A stretch of DNA of 64,000 nt from an uncultured Pontibacter sp. (GCA_966250805.1 CBINIP010000014.1:12600-76599), one strand, 5' to 3'. Shown: positions 39,107 to 49,116, numbered from the stretch's first letter. Notes: generated by a model from the sequence alone, not told the origin. Program-made: numbers and translations.

Positions 39107-39691
39107 TTGAATTATTTAGCACATGTTTTTCTGTCAGGAGATGATGAAGAGATCTTGTTTGGCAACTTTATAGCCGATTCTGTAAAGGGCAAACAAACAG
39201 AGCTATACTCTGAAGGTGTAAAAAAAGGAATAGTGCTGCACCGCCTGATTGATGCCTATACCGACACACACCCTGTGGTGCAACAGACTAAAGAACGGCT
39301 ACGCAGCAAGTATAAAAAATATGCTCCCGTAATAGCCGACATGTATTACGACCATTTCCTGGCCAGCAGCTTTACCGATTATTCCGAAGAGCCTTTAAAG
39401 GTTTATACTTCCAGAATTTATACTTTGATAAACAGGAATTTCGAGATGCTGCCACCCCGTATACAGAGTTTCTTTCCGCACATGATGCAACACAACTGGC
39501 TGCTCAGCTACGGAGAGATAGCGGGCATTAGGCAGGCATTAAGTGGCCTCAGCCGCCGCACCAGTTTTGAGTCGGGTATGGAAACTGCCGCATCAGAATT
39601 GCAGGAAAACTATACTTTATACGCCCACGATTTTAAAGCCTTTTTTCCTGAGCTGATGGAGTATGCAGAACAGGTGAGGAGAGACCTGTAG
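39107..39691 (+). CDS. acpH: Acyl carrier protein phosphodiesterase
   Basis: 194 aa with a TTG start. MNYLAHVFLS...GNFIADSVKG...HRLIDAYTD parallels E. coli AcpH (MNFLAHLHLA...GNLLADFVRG...HRRID). Confidence 0.75.
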   Translation: MNYLAHVFLSGDDEEILFGNFIADSVKGKQTELYSEGVKKGIVLHRLIDAYTDTHPVVQQTKERLRSKYKKYAPVIADMYYDHFLASSFTDYSEEPLKVYTSRIYTLINRNFEMLPPRIQSFFPHMMQHNWLLSYGEIAGIRQALSGLSRRTSFESGMETAASELQENYTLYAHDFKAFFPELMEYAEQVRRDL

Positions 39692-39701
39692 TTATAAACA
39701 A

Positions 39702-39729
39702 AAAAGAGCAGCTTTGCGGCTGCTCTTTT
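39702..39729. terminator. Bidirectional terminator between convergent acpH and slyD
   Basis: AAAAGAGCAGC-tttgcg-GCTGCTCTTTT, with an A-run and a T-run on either side. Confidence 0.75.
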
Positions 39730-39755
39730 CAAACGAATCAATAAGTAATAATGGC

Positions 39756-40268
39756 TTAGTGGTGATGACCGCCTTCGCCGTGTACGTGACCGTGATCAAG
39801 CTCTTCAGAAGATGCTTCACGTACTTTCTCAACCTTGCCCTGGAAGTATAACTCCTTACCAGCAAGCGGGTGGTTGAAATCCATTGTTACTGTTTCTTCG
39901 GTAACGTTAACTACACGGCCCTGCAGCTGGTTTCCTTCGCTGTCAGCCATAGGTATAAAGTTGCCAACTTCCAGCATATTGTCCGGCACAGCTCCTTCGA
40001 TCTGGAACACTGTTTTAGGCAGATCTACTACAGCATTCTCGTCGAACTCGCCATAACCATCTTCAGCATCCAGCTTAAAGTTGAAAGAATCACCAACGTT
40101 CAGGCCGTCGATGTTCTCTTCAAACTGCTCCGGCAATCCGCTCATGCCATAAATAAACACCATCGGATGCTCAGCTGTAGCTGCTTCCAGAAGCGTTTGC
40201 TCGCCATTCTCGTTTTGTACACGCAGCTCGTAGGTGAGCGAAACCACTCTGTTTTTCTCGATTTTCAT
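39756..40268 (-). CDS. slyD: FKBP-type peptidyl-prolyl isomerase SlyD with a His-rich tail
   Basis: 170 aa. It contains an FKBP domain, an IF insert and a C-terminal HGHVHGEGGHHH. Confidence 0.8.
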   Translation of the reverse strand: MKIEKNRVVSLTYELRVQNENGEQTLLEAATAEHPMVFIYGMSGLPEQFEENIDGLNVGDSFNFKLDAEDGYGEFDENAVVDLPKTVFQIEGAVPDNMLEVGNFIPMADSEGNQLQGRVVNVTEETVTMDFNHPLAGKELYFQGKVEKVREASSEELDHGHVHGEGGHHH

Positions 40269-40389
40269 ATACTGGCTTTTGATAAAGAAACGGTAAGGTA
40301 CGGAATTAAGGCGCCATAATTTAGTTTTTGCTGCGCCAGGTTCTTAACCTGCTCATTTCTAATTTATAATTTTTTCCTCGATAAACCTA

Positions 40390-42330
40390 TCAGGGCATAC
40401 ATTCTGTAAGTTCCCAGGCGCTTTTATACGCGTTCACAGATTCTATGTAAGCCATAAAAGACTCGTAGAACGGATGCAGGCTAAGCGTTGCGCTATCACC
40501 TACAATTACCAGTTTCTTTTTGGCGCGCGTCATGGCCACGTTCATGCGTCGGATATCGCTCAGGAAACCGATTTCGCCTTTATCGTTGCTGCGCACCATA
40601 CTGATGTAGATAATATCGCGCTCCTGCCCCTGGAAACTATCTACGGTACCCACAGATAATTGCCTTTTTGTACGAAGCTCGTGCAGTAAAGGTGTATGCT
40701 CTACACGGTCTTCCAGGTAGTTTATCTGAGCACGGTAAGGAGCGATCACCCCGATTTTCAGTGGCGTTTCCTGCTCCTCATACTTATAGTCTTTCAGCAA
40801 CTGCACCAGGTGGTTCAGCATCAGGTTTGCCTCGTCGGGATTGGCTGAGCTCTGTGATTCTGCCATTTCCGTCTCGTTGAAACCACAGCCGGCAGTATCA
40901 ATAAACTCGATTGCCAGGCCTGGCGCAAACTGCTCGTGGTAGCCATTGAGGTCTGAGCTGTGCACGCTTTCATGGGCATTTAGCTCGCCGTTATAAAACT
41001 GCTGGTTCGAGAACTGCATGATGTGGTGGTGCATGCGGTACTGTGTCTTCAGCATAACGGCAACTTCCGGCTGTCGTTCAATACACTTCTCAAAAAGTGT
41101 TTTCCCCAAGCCTTTCTTCTCAGCATCAAAAGACTTGATGGTAGGAGGTAACTGGCAATGGTCGCCGGCCAGCACCACACGGTTAGCTCTTGAGATCGGA
41201 ATCCAGCAGGCTGGTTCCAGTGCCTGTGCTGCTTCATCAATAAATACTGTATCGTACTGGATGTGGCGGATAGCTTTATTGGCGGCACCAACCAGCGTAC
41301 ACGTAATCACCTGCACGTTCTCCAGCAGATCATCCGTGATATAATGCTCAATGTTATCAGCCTCGTCGAGCAGGCGATTGCTTTCCATCTTGTAAAGCTG
41401 GCGCTGCGCACGCTCTTCCGGACCAAACTTACGCTTGTACTGGTAAGCCATGCGCTTATACTCTTCAGCTGTTTTCCTGATCTCTTTCAGATCTTTGTAA
41501 GCACGGTGAGCCATTATCTGAGCATCCAAGGTATGCTCCAGCAACACATCTGAAACACGTGACGGATTACCAATACGAATAACGTTTACGCCTTCGTTTG
41601 CAAGCTTTTCGGTAAGCAGGTCTACAGCCGTGTTGGATGGGGCTGTTACGAGCAGGCGCTTTTGTGTTGTGAGGGTGTGAAGTATAGCCTGAACCAGTGT
41701 TGTTGTTTTACCGGTGCCAGGAGGACCATGAATGATCGCCACATCCTTAGCCCGCACAATATTGCGCACCGCCTCGTTCTGAGACTCGTTGAGCACAGGG
41801 TTATTAGTATAATCTTCGTCTGTGAATCTTGCTTTCTGGTCGCCTAACAAAATATCGCGAAGCTCGGCCAGGCGGGTTTTATGGGCATCCAGCACCTTCT
41901 TCATCGCGATCTCCATTTCGCGGTAGCTCATTTCGTCGAAGGTCAGGTCAATGCCCAGGCGGCCTTCATCTACCCAATCCGGAAGATCTTCTTTGTTTGT
42001 AGCCAGCTGTATCTTGTTGCGCTTAATGCCAACAATTACGCCCGGTAAGCTCTGGCGCTCCCCGTTGTTGCTGAAAAGTGCAGCTGTTTTACCTGTCTGG
42101 AAAAGGTGCAGCTGGTCGCGGTCTTTTGTGCGCTCCAGTTCGATAACAACCTTGTTACCAAAACCCAGCTCTTCTTTAGAAATTGTTACCGGATACCAGC
42201 AGAAGCCCATTGCTTTACGTTCGGCAATAGTGCTTTTCAGGCTTTTGATCTTGTACTGCTGACGGTCTTCTTCCTGTTCAATTTTAAGCAGTTCCTGTAC
42301 CTGCTTCAGTTCAAATAATATTTCGCTCAT
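40390..42330 (-). CDS. Superfamily-1 helicase, Upf1/DNA2/IGHMBP2-like
   Basis: 646 aa. It has the Walker A motif GPPGTGKTT, FIDEAAQ, and C-terminal VDSFQGQERD plus NVAMTRAK motifs. Confidence 0.8.
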   Translation of the reverse strand: MSEILFELKQVQELLKIEQEEDRQQYKIKSLKSTIAERKAMGFCWYPVTISKEELGFGNKVVIELERTKDRDQLHLFQTGKTAALFSNNGERQSLPGVIVGIKRNKIQLATNKEDLPDWVDEGRLGIDLTFDEMSYREMEIAMKKVLDAHKTRLAELRDILLGDQKARFTDEDYTNNPVLNESQNEAVRNIVRAKDVAIIHGPPGTGKTTTLVQAILHTLTTQKRLLVTAPSNTAVDLLTEKLANEGVNVIRIGNPSRVSDVLLEHTLDAQIMAHRAYKDLKEIRKTAEEYKRMAYQYKRKFGPEERAQRQLYKMESNRLLDEADNIEHYITDDLLENVQVITCTLVGAANKAIRHIQYDTVFIDEAAQALEPACWIPISRANRVVLAGDHCQLPPTIKSFDAEKKGLGKTLFEKCIERQPEVAVMLKTQYRMHHHIMQFSNQQFYNGELNAHESVHSSDLNGYHEQFAPGLAIEFIDTAGCGFNETEMAESQSSANPDEANLMLNHLVQLLKDYKYEEQETPLKIGVIAPYRAQINYLEDRVEHTPLLHELRTKRQLSVGTVDSFQGQERDIIYISMVRSNDKGEIGFLSDIRRMNVAMTRAKKKLVIVGDSATLSLHPFYESFMAYIESVNAYKSAWELTECMP

Positions 42331-42513
42331 CTATATCAAAAAGAAAGGCTGGTAAACTGCTCCAGCCCTTGCTATGCTTTTGAAGCTTTTTGTCTAAATT
42401 AAACTTCTGCCTGCTTTATACGGGCATCAGGAAAGTATAACAAAAAGTATTCTTATTTCGCTCCATTTTACCGGAGTTTATGCTTATAAAAGCTACTGAA
42501 TTATACCTTAGAA

Positions 42514-43158
42514 TCAGGCGTTCTTTTTGGCCCTGGCTGTTTTCTTGTTCAGCTTTACCTGTAGCATTACAGCATAGAGCAGAAGTATAAATGCACCTAC
42601 AGAAAGTATAGCAATTACTTTATCTTTGCCATAGCGTTTCTCATCGGCTGCTTTTACCTCTACCTCCAGGTCTTTTATACTTCGTTCACGCTTTTTTAAC
42701 TGACTTTGCAATGTTTTTACCTGGCTTTGCAGGTCTTCAAAACGTCTGTCTATAGAGCGTTGGTCTTCTACTTTAATTTTGCCTTCGCGCTGAAGCTCTA
42801 CAGTACTTTCGGCTACTTTTCTTATACTAGCCTCTTTAATGGCAGCAATCAGTTCAGAGTCTTTGTTGATAATCTTTTTTAAGGTTTCGATGATGCTGAG
42901 CAGGTCCTGTTTTGACTTTTTGCCCCAGAAATTGCTGTTCTGCTGGTTGTAGAACTGGTACTCCATAATCAGCTGCTCGCGCTCGCTTAGCAGGCGTGCA
43001 GTTTTTTCGTCCTGAGCTTTGGCTTTGGCTACCTGCGCTGCAGTTGGTTTTTGTGCATCTGTTGCGGCAGCAGCGGCAGATTCAGGTTCCTGAAATTGTG
43101 CCTGAGCGCCTGCGAACCATAAACAAAGTGTAATAGTTGCCAGTAGTCTTTTCTTCAT
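42514..43158 (-). CDS. Hypothetical coiled-coil protein with a signal peptide and a C-terminal TM anchor
   Basis: The start is set at the ATG MKKRLLATITLCLWFAGAQA, whereas the ORF-track start at 43191 is a TTG. It has a long coiled coil and a C-terminal TM segment. Confidence 0.55.
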   Translation of the reverse strand: MKKRLLATITLCLWFAGAQAQFQEPESAAAAATDAQKPTAAQVAKAKAQDEKTARLLSEREQLIMEYQFYNQQNSNFWGKKSKQDLLSIIETLKKIINKDSELIAAIKEASIRKVAESTVELQREGKIKVEDQRSIDRRFEDLQSQVKTLQSQLKKRERSIKDLEVEVKAADEKRYGKDKVIAILSVGAFILLLYAVMLQVKLNKKTARAKKNA

Positions 43159-43218
43159 CTTTTCTCCCTTGTTATATTGAACAACACGCAAATATGGCTA
43201 ACCTTATTGGATTAGTGG

Positions 43219-45477
43219 CTATCTTTTTTTGCGGGGCTTGTAGAACAGGAGTAAAAGTACCGGCAACAAGTATAAGTCGGCAATAACGGCAAACAACAGC
43301 GTAAGGCTGATAAGTAGCCCGACATAAAAAGTAGCATCGAAGGTAGAAAGCAGCAGCGTCAGGAAGCCTGCAACAAGTATAACAGAGGTAATGATGATGG
43401 CTTTACCTGTTAAAATAAAGGTGTTTTTAATGGCATAAGGCAACGTTCTGCCTTTCCGTAACTCCAGTTTCAGTTTGCTCAGAAAATGGATGGTGTCATC
43501 TACGGCAATGCCAAAGGCTATGGTGAAGATAATGGAAACAGATGCCGTCATGTTCACGCCCATAAACCCGATCAGCCCGCCAATCATAAGCAGCGGAATA
43601 ATGTTAGGAATAAGCGCAATGATCATGATGCTGAACGAGCGGTAAATAAGACCAAACACAAATGCTATGATCAGAAAGGCCGTCAGCAGTCCCTTCATCA
43701 GGTTGCTTGTCAGGTAATCGTTGTTTTTATCGAGCAGCAATGCTGTACCTGTAAGGCGGGTTTTCAGGTATGCCGGGTTAATGTTCTGGCTGATGAAGTT
43801 GCGCAGCGAATCGTTCAGCACAGCGGCTCGGGCGCTGCCAATATCCGGCATTTTGCCTGTCAGGCGGCCTTCTTTCAGATCAGGCGTAACCAGAGACCGG
43901 AGTTCGCTGCGTTTGCCGAATTGCTGCAGCCTCCTGTTTACCTGGGCTTGTTCATGCTCCGAAGCCGGAAGTATAAAAGCGCTGTTATGTCCGCCATTCA
44001 ATGCCCTGTTTACTGTTTTAACCACAGAGGCAGGTGAGCTTATAAAATTCAGGCCGTAGGAAGTATAAAGGTATTGTTCCAACTTCTCGATTTCCTGCAG
44101 CACTTCAGGGTCATACATGGTATGGCCGGGAGCAGCCAGCAAGTGCATCTCAAAGGGTCGCACGCCCGAAAACTTCTTTTCGAAATAGTGAAAGTCCTGA
44201 ACTATAGGATCATCATCGCCCAAGTCTTCCAACAGAGTAGTGTCAACTTTTATCTGGCTTATACCAATCAGTGAGACTATAACTATAAAAAGGCTGCTGG
44301 AAAGTATAGCTTTGGGATGGATAAGTATAAAACGCAGCATGCGCCGTAGCAACACCGGCCACGATATATCTGCACGACGCGCCTTAACCGGGTTTGGCTT
44401 TCGCATCAGCAGAAGTATAGCCGGCAACACAGTAAATGCCAGGAAAAAGGCCAGTATTACGGCAATGGCTGTAAACAAACCAAAATTACGGATCGGCACA
44501 ATACTGTTAGTAACCAGCGTGGCAAAGCCAATGGCCGTTGTGACAGAAGTTAAAAAGGTAGCCAGCCCGACTTCTTTCAGCGTTATTTTAATAGCCTGCA
44601 CTTTACCAATGCCGTTGCCAACCTCAGTTACATAACGCGACAGGATATGTATAACATCTGACATGCCTACCACAAACATAATGGTAGGTAGCAGCACCGT
44701 CATCACATCAATAGGTTTATCGAATAACCCCATAACACCCAGCCCCCAAAGCACCGAAAGCAGCACTACTACCAAAGGTACCACCACACCCCAAACCGTG
44801 CGGAACGTGATCCAGAGCAAAAGTATAACCAACAGGATAGAAGCTGACATAAACACAGCCAGCTCCACCTTCATCTTATCGATGAAAACAGCTTGGGCCA
44901 GTGCTTTGCCTGCCACATGGTATTCGCTTAAATTTAGTTGCTGCAGTTTCTGGTTTATACTTGCGATCAGCGTATCGCTGGGGCCTTTTTTCAGATCATC
45001 GGTAGTTTGCACAAAAATAGATACAGCCCTGGCATCTTCTGAAAACAGGGTACCAACAAGCTCCCAGGTACTGTAAATGGTAGCGGAATCCTGTGGGTAA
45101 CGCTCGGGCTCGTTCAGGTGCAGGTACGGAATCTCGAAATAACCAAACTGCTCTATTACCGGGCTTTTAACGGTAGTAGGAGAGAGAACTGCTTCTACAT
45201 GTGGTTGCCGCTGCAGAAACTTTGTAAGGCTGTCTACCTTTGTCAGAAAGTCTTGCTCAAAGATGCCTTTATCGCTTTCCAGGCCGATCAGCAGGTAATC
45301 ATTATCGTTGCCAAACTTATCGCGGTAACTGAAGTAATAGGTTAGGTCCGGATCGCCCTTAGGGAAGAAATTATCGAAGTTATAGTCGAAGCGCAGGCGC
45401 GAGGCGAAGTATACGCTCACCATAGTTAATACCCCGATTAGCAGGAGCACCAGCAGACTTATTTTACGGTAGTTCAA
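43219..45477 (-). CDS. MMPL/RND-superfamily transporter with a sterol-sensing-like domain
   Basis: 752 aa with a TTG start. Two 6-TM bundles are separated by periplasmic loops, and its size fits MMPL/HpnN-like exporters. Confidence 0.7.
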   Translation of the reverse strand: MNYRKISLLVLLLIGVLTMVSVYFASRLRFDYNFDNFFPKGDPDLTYYFSYRDKFGNDNDYLLIGLESDKGIFEQDFLTKVDSLTKFLQRQPHVEAVLSPTTVKSPVIEQFGYFEIPYLHLNEPERYPQDSATIYSTWELVGTLFSEDARAVSIFVQTTDDLKKGPSDTLIASINQKLQQLNLSEYHVAGKALAQAVFIDKMKVELAVFMSASILLVILLLWITFRTVWGVVVPLVVVLLSVLWGLGVMGLFDKPIDVMTVLLPTIMFVVGMSDVIHILSRYVTEVGNGIGKVQAIKITLKEVGLATFLTSVTTAIGFATLVTNSIVPIRNFGLFTAIAVILAFFLAFTVLPAILLLMRKPNPVKARRADISWPVLLRRMLRFILIHPKAILSSSLFIVIVSLIGISQIKVDTTLLEDLGDDDPIVQDFHYFEKKFSGVRPFEMHLLAAPGHTMYDPEVLQEIEKLEQYLYTSYGLNFISSPASVVKTVNRALNGGHNSAFILPASEHEQAQVNRRLQQFGKRSELRSLVTPDLKEGRLTGKMPDIGSARAAVLNDSLRNFISQNINPAYLKTRLTGTALLLDKNNDYLTSNLMKGLLTAFLIIAFVFGLIYRSFSIMIIALIPNIIPLLMIGGLIGFMGVNMTASVSIIFTIAFGIAVDDTIHFLSKLKLELRKGRTLPYAIKNTFILTGKAIIITSVILVAGFLTLLLSTFDATFYVGLLISLTLLFAVIADLYLLPVLLLLFYKPRKKR

Positions 45478-45590
45478 GAAGTTCTTTAAAAATGAGTATT
45501 ATCATTTCGGGCTTTGCCCAAAGCTTGTATCTTTACTTTCAGAACAACTATACGAAAGCTGTTTTGTTTAAACGAAGTTAACCATAAACC

Positions 45591-45866
45591 ATGAAAAAGA
45601 TAATCCTTTCACTCGCATTGGCTGCTTTTATTGGCGCCGGAACTGTAACACCTGCTTTAGCCTGCGAAGGCGGCAAGTGCACCATGGCCCACAACGATAA
45701 AGACGCGAAATCTAAAAAAGGCAAAAAAGCTGCTGCAAAATCAGAGAGCTGCCACATGACCAAAACAGCTTCAGCAGCCGGCTCAACTCCTGCATGCTGC
45801 ATGAAAAAAGACGGTGCTAAAGCAGAAACTACCAAAACTATAAAAGAGGCGAAAGCCCAGCGATAA
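45591..45866 (+). CDS. Small secreted Cys/His/Met- and Lys-rich protein (hypothetical, possible metal binder)
   Basis: 91 aa. The signal peptide MKKIILSLALAAFIGAGTVTPALA is followed by CEGGKCTMAH, SCHM and ACCMKK motifs. I prefer it to the antisense ORF 45578-45835. Confidence 0.55.
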   Translation: MKKIILSLALAAFIGAGTVTPALACEGGKCTMAHNDKDAKSKKGKKAAAKSESCHMTKTASAAGSTPACCMKKDGAKAETTKTIKEAKAQR

Positions 45867-45891
45867 GGTTATATTACTTGTGCGTTATAAC

Positions 45892-45930
45892 AAAGGTGTC
45901 CTGATGTTTCAGAACACCTTTAATTTTTTA
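45892..45930 (+). terminator. Rho-independent terminator after the small Cys-rich gene
   Basis: Stem AAAGGTGT / ACACCTTT with an inner CTGA/TCAG extension, then AATTTTTT. Confidence 0.65.
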
Positions 45931-46097
45931 TAGCATCTTCTAAATAATGCTAATTATTTATACTTCTGCCTGTTAAGTATAAATGATTATCGAATATTAC
46001 TGTAGCACGCAGCTTTTTACTTAGATCAGGCGTACCATCGGTTCAATAAAACCACTATATTTAACCTCAGACTTAAACCACCGCACCCTACTTTACC

Positions 46098-46892
46098 ATG
46101 AAACAATATTTAGACCTGATGCAGCACATCCTCGATAACGGGGTGAAGAAAGAAGATAGAACCGGAACAGGTACACTAAGTATTTTTGGCTACCAGATGC
46201 GCTTTAACCTTGCCGATGGTTTTCCGCTTGTTACTACCAAGAAAGTGCATTTAAAGTCTATCATTCATGAACTGCTGTGGTTTCTGAAAGGCGATACCAA
46301 TATCTCTTACCTGAAAGAAAATGGCGTTTCAATCTGGGATGAATGGGCTGATGAAAACGGGAATTTAGGTCCGGTTTATGGTTCGCAGTGGCGCAGCTGG
46401 CCAACACCCGATGGCCGCCACATCGATCAGATCTCGCAGGTTGTAAACCAGCTGAAGCACAATCCGGATTCACGTAGAATTATAGTTAGCGCCTGGAATG
46501 TAGCCGAAATAGAGAATATGAAGCTGCCGCCTTGCCACGCGTTCTACCAGTTTTATGTTGCCGAAGGAAAGCTGAGCTGCCAGTTGTATCAGCGCTCTGC
46601 CGATGTGTTCCTGGGTGTACCGTTCAATATTGCATCGTATGCTTTATTAGTGCTGATGATGGCGCAGGTAACCGGTTTGGAGCCTGGAGAATTTATCTGG
46701 ACGGGCGGCGATACGCACCTTTACACCAACCACCTGGAGCAGGCACAACTGCAACTTACGCGCGAGCCACGCGAGCTGCCAACCATGAAAATAAACCCGG
46801 ATGTAAAAGATATCTTCGATTTCAAGTATGAAGACTTTGAGCTGGTAAACTATAACCCACATCCTGCTATAAAAGCACCGGTTGCTGTTTAG
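46098..46892 (+). CDS. thyA: Thymidylate synthase (ThyA type)
   Basis: 264 aa. It shows [15 protein letters not shown], the active-site LPPCH, and a C-terminal AV. Confidence 0.97.
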   Translation: MKQYLDLMQHILDNGVKKEDRTGTGTLSIFGYQMRFNLADGFPLVTTKKVHLKSIIHELLWFLKGDTNISYLKENGVSIWDEWADENGNLGPVYGSQWRSWPTPDGRHIDQISQVVNQLKHNPDSRRIIVSAWNVAEIENMKLPPCHAFYQFYVAEGKLSCQLYQRSADVFLGVPFNIASYALLVLMMAQVTGLEPGEFIWTGGDTHLYTNHLEQAQLQLTREPRELPTMKINPDVKDIFDFKYEDFELVNYNPHPAIKAPVAV

Positions 46893-46908
46893 GAGCATAT
46901 TAACCGAT

Positions 46909-46941
46909 AAAAAAGCACAGGCCTAGGTCTGTGCTTTTTTG
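46909..46941 (+). terminator. Rho-independent terminator after thyA
   Basis: AAAAAGCACAG-gcctaggt-CTGTGCTTTTTT. Confidence 0.75.
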
Positions 46942-46988
46942 TTAGTGCAATCTCAAAGTATACTTCTTATTAAAGTATAAACATCAAA

Positions 46989-47021
46989 TTTGAACACTCC
47001 ACCCATAGATGCGTACCTTTG
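46989..47021 (+). promoter_or_regulatory. Bacteroidota-type promoter for the MFS gene (-33 TTTG, -7 TACCTTTG)
   Basis: TTTG at 46989-46992 and TACCTTTG at 47014-47021 are separated by a 21-nt spacer. The ATG is at 47058. Confidence 0.5.
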
Positions 47022-47057
47022 CAGCATCTGCTACATTGATTACGGCAGGCTGTACGT

Positions 47058-48272
47058 ATGCAATCTTCAACAACTGATATACCACAACCACAACTTACCC
47101 GGCTAAACCTTTGGGTGATGACCATTGCCACAGGTATGGTGGTGGCTAATTTATACTATAACCAGCCCTTACTAGGCGAGATCTCTGCCGCATTTGGCAC
47201 CACTGAAGCCAGAGCAGGCTCTATTGCCATGCTTACCCAAGTGGGTTATGCGGTAGGCATGCTTTTCATTATACCTCTAGGTGATATGTTCCGCCGAAAA
47301 AGGCTGATCATGCTAGACTTTGTTTTGATTATAGCGGCCTTAATGCTAGCAGCTTTTGCCCCAACTATAGAACTGCTGATGGTAGCCAGCTTCCTGATAG
47401 GAGCAACCTCTGTAGTGCCGCAATTGCTGGTACCAATGGCGGCACACCTGGCTAAACCCGAAGAACGCGGCCGTACTGTTGGTTTTGTGATGAGCGGCTT
47501 GCTGATCGGCATATTGCTTTCGAGAACTGTTAGTGGTTTTGTAGGAGCGCACCTAGGCTGGAGGGCCATGTTTATTATTGCAGCAGGAATGATGGTTATA
47601 CTTTGGCTGGCGCTATACTTTATGCTACCCGAGGTACATCCCAGCTATAAAGGCACTTATAAGAACCTGATGAAATCGTTGGTGCACCTGACTAAGGAGG
47701 AACCTCTACTACGATTGGCTTCTATCCGGGGAGCTTTGTGCTATGCCTGTTTCGGCGCCTTCTGGACCACGCTTGTTTTCTTGCTCGAAGAGCCCCAGTT
47801 TAACGCTGGCAGCGATGTTGCAGGAGCCTTTGGCCTGATAGGAGCATTCGGTGCATTGGCAGCTTCTTTTATGGGCCGCCTCACCGACAAAGGCGACTCT
47901 TTCCGCATCACCACCATCACTATACTACTGATCGTAATTTCTTATGGAATATTCGGTCTTTCCAGCCACAGCATTATCGGTTTGGTTATAGGCGTTATCG
48001 TAATGGACCTTGGCGTGCAGGCCACGCACATTTCTAACCAGACACTTATATTCTCGCTGAACCCTGAAGCCCGCAACCGACTGAACACCGTGTACATGGT
48101 AACATACTTTGTAGGGGGCGCAACTGGTACGTACTTAGCCAGCCACGCTTGGCAGCTCTGGAAATGGAACGGTGTAGTAGGAATTGGCTTGGTGCTTTCT
48201 GTACTGGCTCTGCTTATACATCTGCGATTTCTGAGAAAGAAGAAAATTTCAGCTTCGGCTAAGGTAGTATAA
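47058..48272 (+). CDS. MFS transporter
   Basis: 404 aa with about 12 TM segments and an MFS loop motif (GDMFRRKRL). Confidence 0.8.
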   Translation: MQSSTTDIPQPQLTRLNLWVMTIATGMVVANLYYNQPLLGEISAAFGTTEARAGSIAMLTQVGYAVGMLFIIPLGDMFRRKRLIMLDFVLIIAALMLAAFAPTIELLMVASFLIGATSVVPQLLVPMAAHLAKPEERGRTVGFVMSGLLIGILLSRTVSGFVGAHLGWRAMFIIAAGMMVILWLALYFMLPEVHPSYKGTYKNLMKSLVHLTKEEPLLRLASIRGALCYACFGAFWTTLVFLLEEPQFNAGSDVAGAFGLIGAFGALAASFMGRLTDKGDSFRITTITILLIVISYGIFGLSSHSIIGLVIGVIVMDLGVQATHISNQTLIFSLNPEARNRLNTVYMVTYFVGGATGTYLASHAWQLWKWNGVVGIGLVLSVLALLIHLRFLRKKKISASAKVV

Positions 48273-48289
48273 CCTAATTTCTTTTCTGT

Positions 48290-49108
48290 TTACAAAAACA
48301 AATCTTCCTTCAGCTTGTCTAAGATAGGATGTGAAGCGGCAAAAGATGATTTGTTAATAGAGGATATATACTTTATACCCGTAACATTAGAAGCGAAAAC
48401 GGCCTCAGCCTTAAAAAGCCTTTCCGGCTTAAAGTATACTTCCTTCAGTTTTATACTTTGTGCCTGACACCAGCGCACGATGTTGCGGCGAACTATGCCA
48501 TTTACACAACCCGTATCAAGTGCCGGAGTATAGATAATGTCATTATTTATCCAGAAAATGTTGGATGATATAAGTTCTGAAACTATACCCTGGCGGTTCA
48601 GCAGGAGCATATCATCAGCTTGCTGGTCTTTTTTTTCGATGCCTGCCAATACGTATAGCAGCGCATTTGGCCCTTTAAAATAGGAGAGTGGCGAGTAATT
48701 AGTAAAAGTACTGCTGCATATTCCGATGTGAAGAGGCTTAACGGCGGCAGGTGCCTGGGCATGCACTGTTGCAAGCCAGTCCGTACTATTTTCTTCCGGA
48801 GTATAAAGTCCGGCTCCAGAACGCCATACTTTCAGTTTTAGCCGACCATAGTTGATAGCTCCGTTTTGTTCCGCTAGTTTTAGTAGCTTATCAGCAAATT
48901 CCGACGAAGCAAATTCTGCAGGCAACTGCAACCTTAGAGTCTGAGCAGCCTCCTGCATTCGCGCTACATGATCGGGCCAGAAACGCAACTTGCACTGTTG
49001 CACCACTATAGTTTCAAAAAAACCATCGTTGTACTGAAAGGCACGGTTGTGGAGCGGCAAGCGAAGCTCTTGTTCAGATATAAGAATGCCATTGTAGAGT
49101 AGACTCAT
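48290..49108 (-). CDS. Class IV aminotransferase-fold protein, probably aminodeoxychorismate lyase
   Basis: 272 aa. Its size and N-terminal FQYNDGFFET are typical of PabC/IlvE-fold enzymes. The substrate is not determinable from the sequence. Confidence 0.55.
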   Translation of the reverse strand: MSLLYNGILISEQELRLPLHNRAFQYNDGFFETIVVQQCKLRFWPDHVARMQEAAQTLRLQLPAEFASSEFADKLLKLAEQNGAINYGRLKLKVWRSGAGLYTPEENSTDWLATVHAQAPAAVKPLHIGICSSTFTNYSPLSYFKGPNALLYVLAGIEKKDQQADDMLLLNRQGIVSELISSNIFWINNDIIYTPALDTGCVNGIVRRNIVRWCQAQSIKLKEVYFKPERLFKAEAVFASNVTGIKYISSINKSSFAASHPILDKLKEDLFL

Positions 49109-49116
49109 GAAATTAA

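Noticed and set aside
42347-42367. The hairpin GGCTGG-N9-CCAGCC followed by a T-rich run on the minus strand, ending about 10 nt before the helicase ATG. It could be a terminator for the upstream coiled-coil gene.
   Set aside because: The stem is only 6 bp and lies about 150 nt from the upstream stop. It would leave the helicase gene with no room for its own promoter. The evidence is too weak to annotate.
45578-45835. An 85-aa minus-strand ORF overlapping the small Cys-rich gene.
   Set aside because: The + strand ORF has a canonical signal peptide and is followed by a terminator. The minus ORF has neither.
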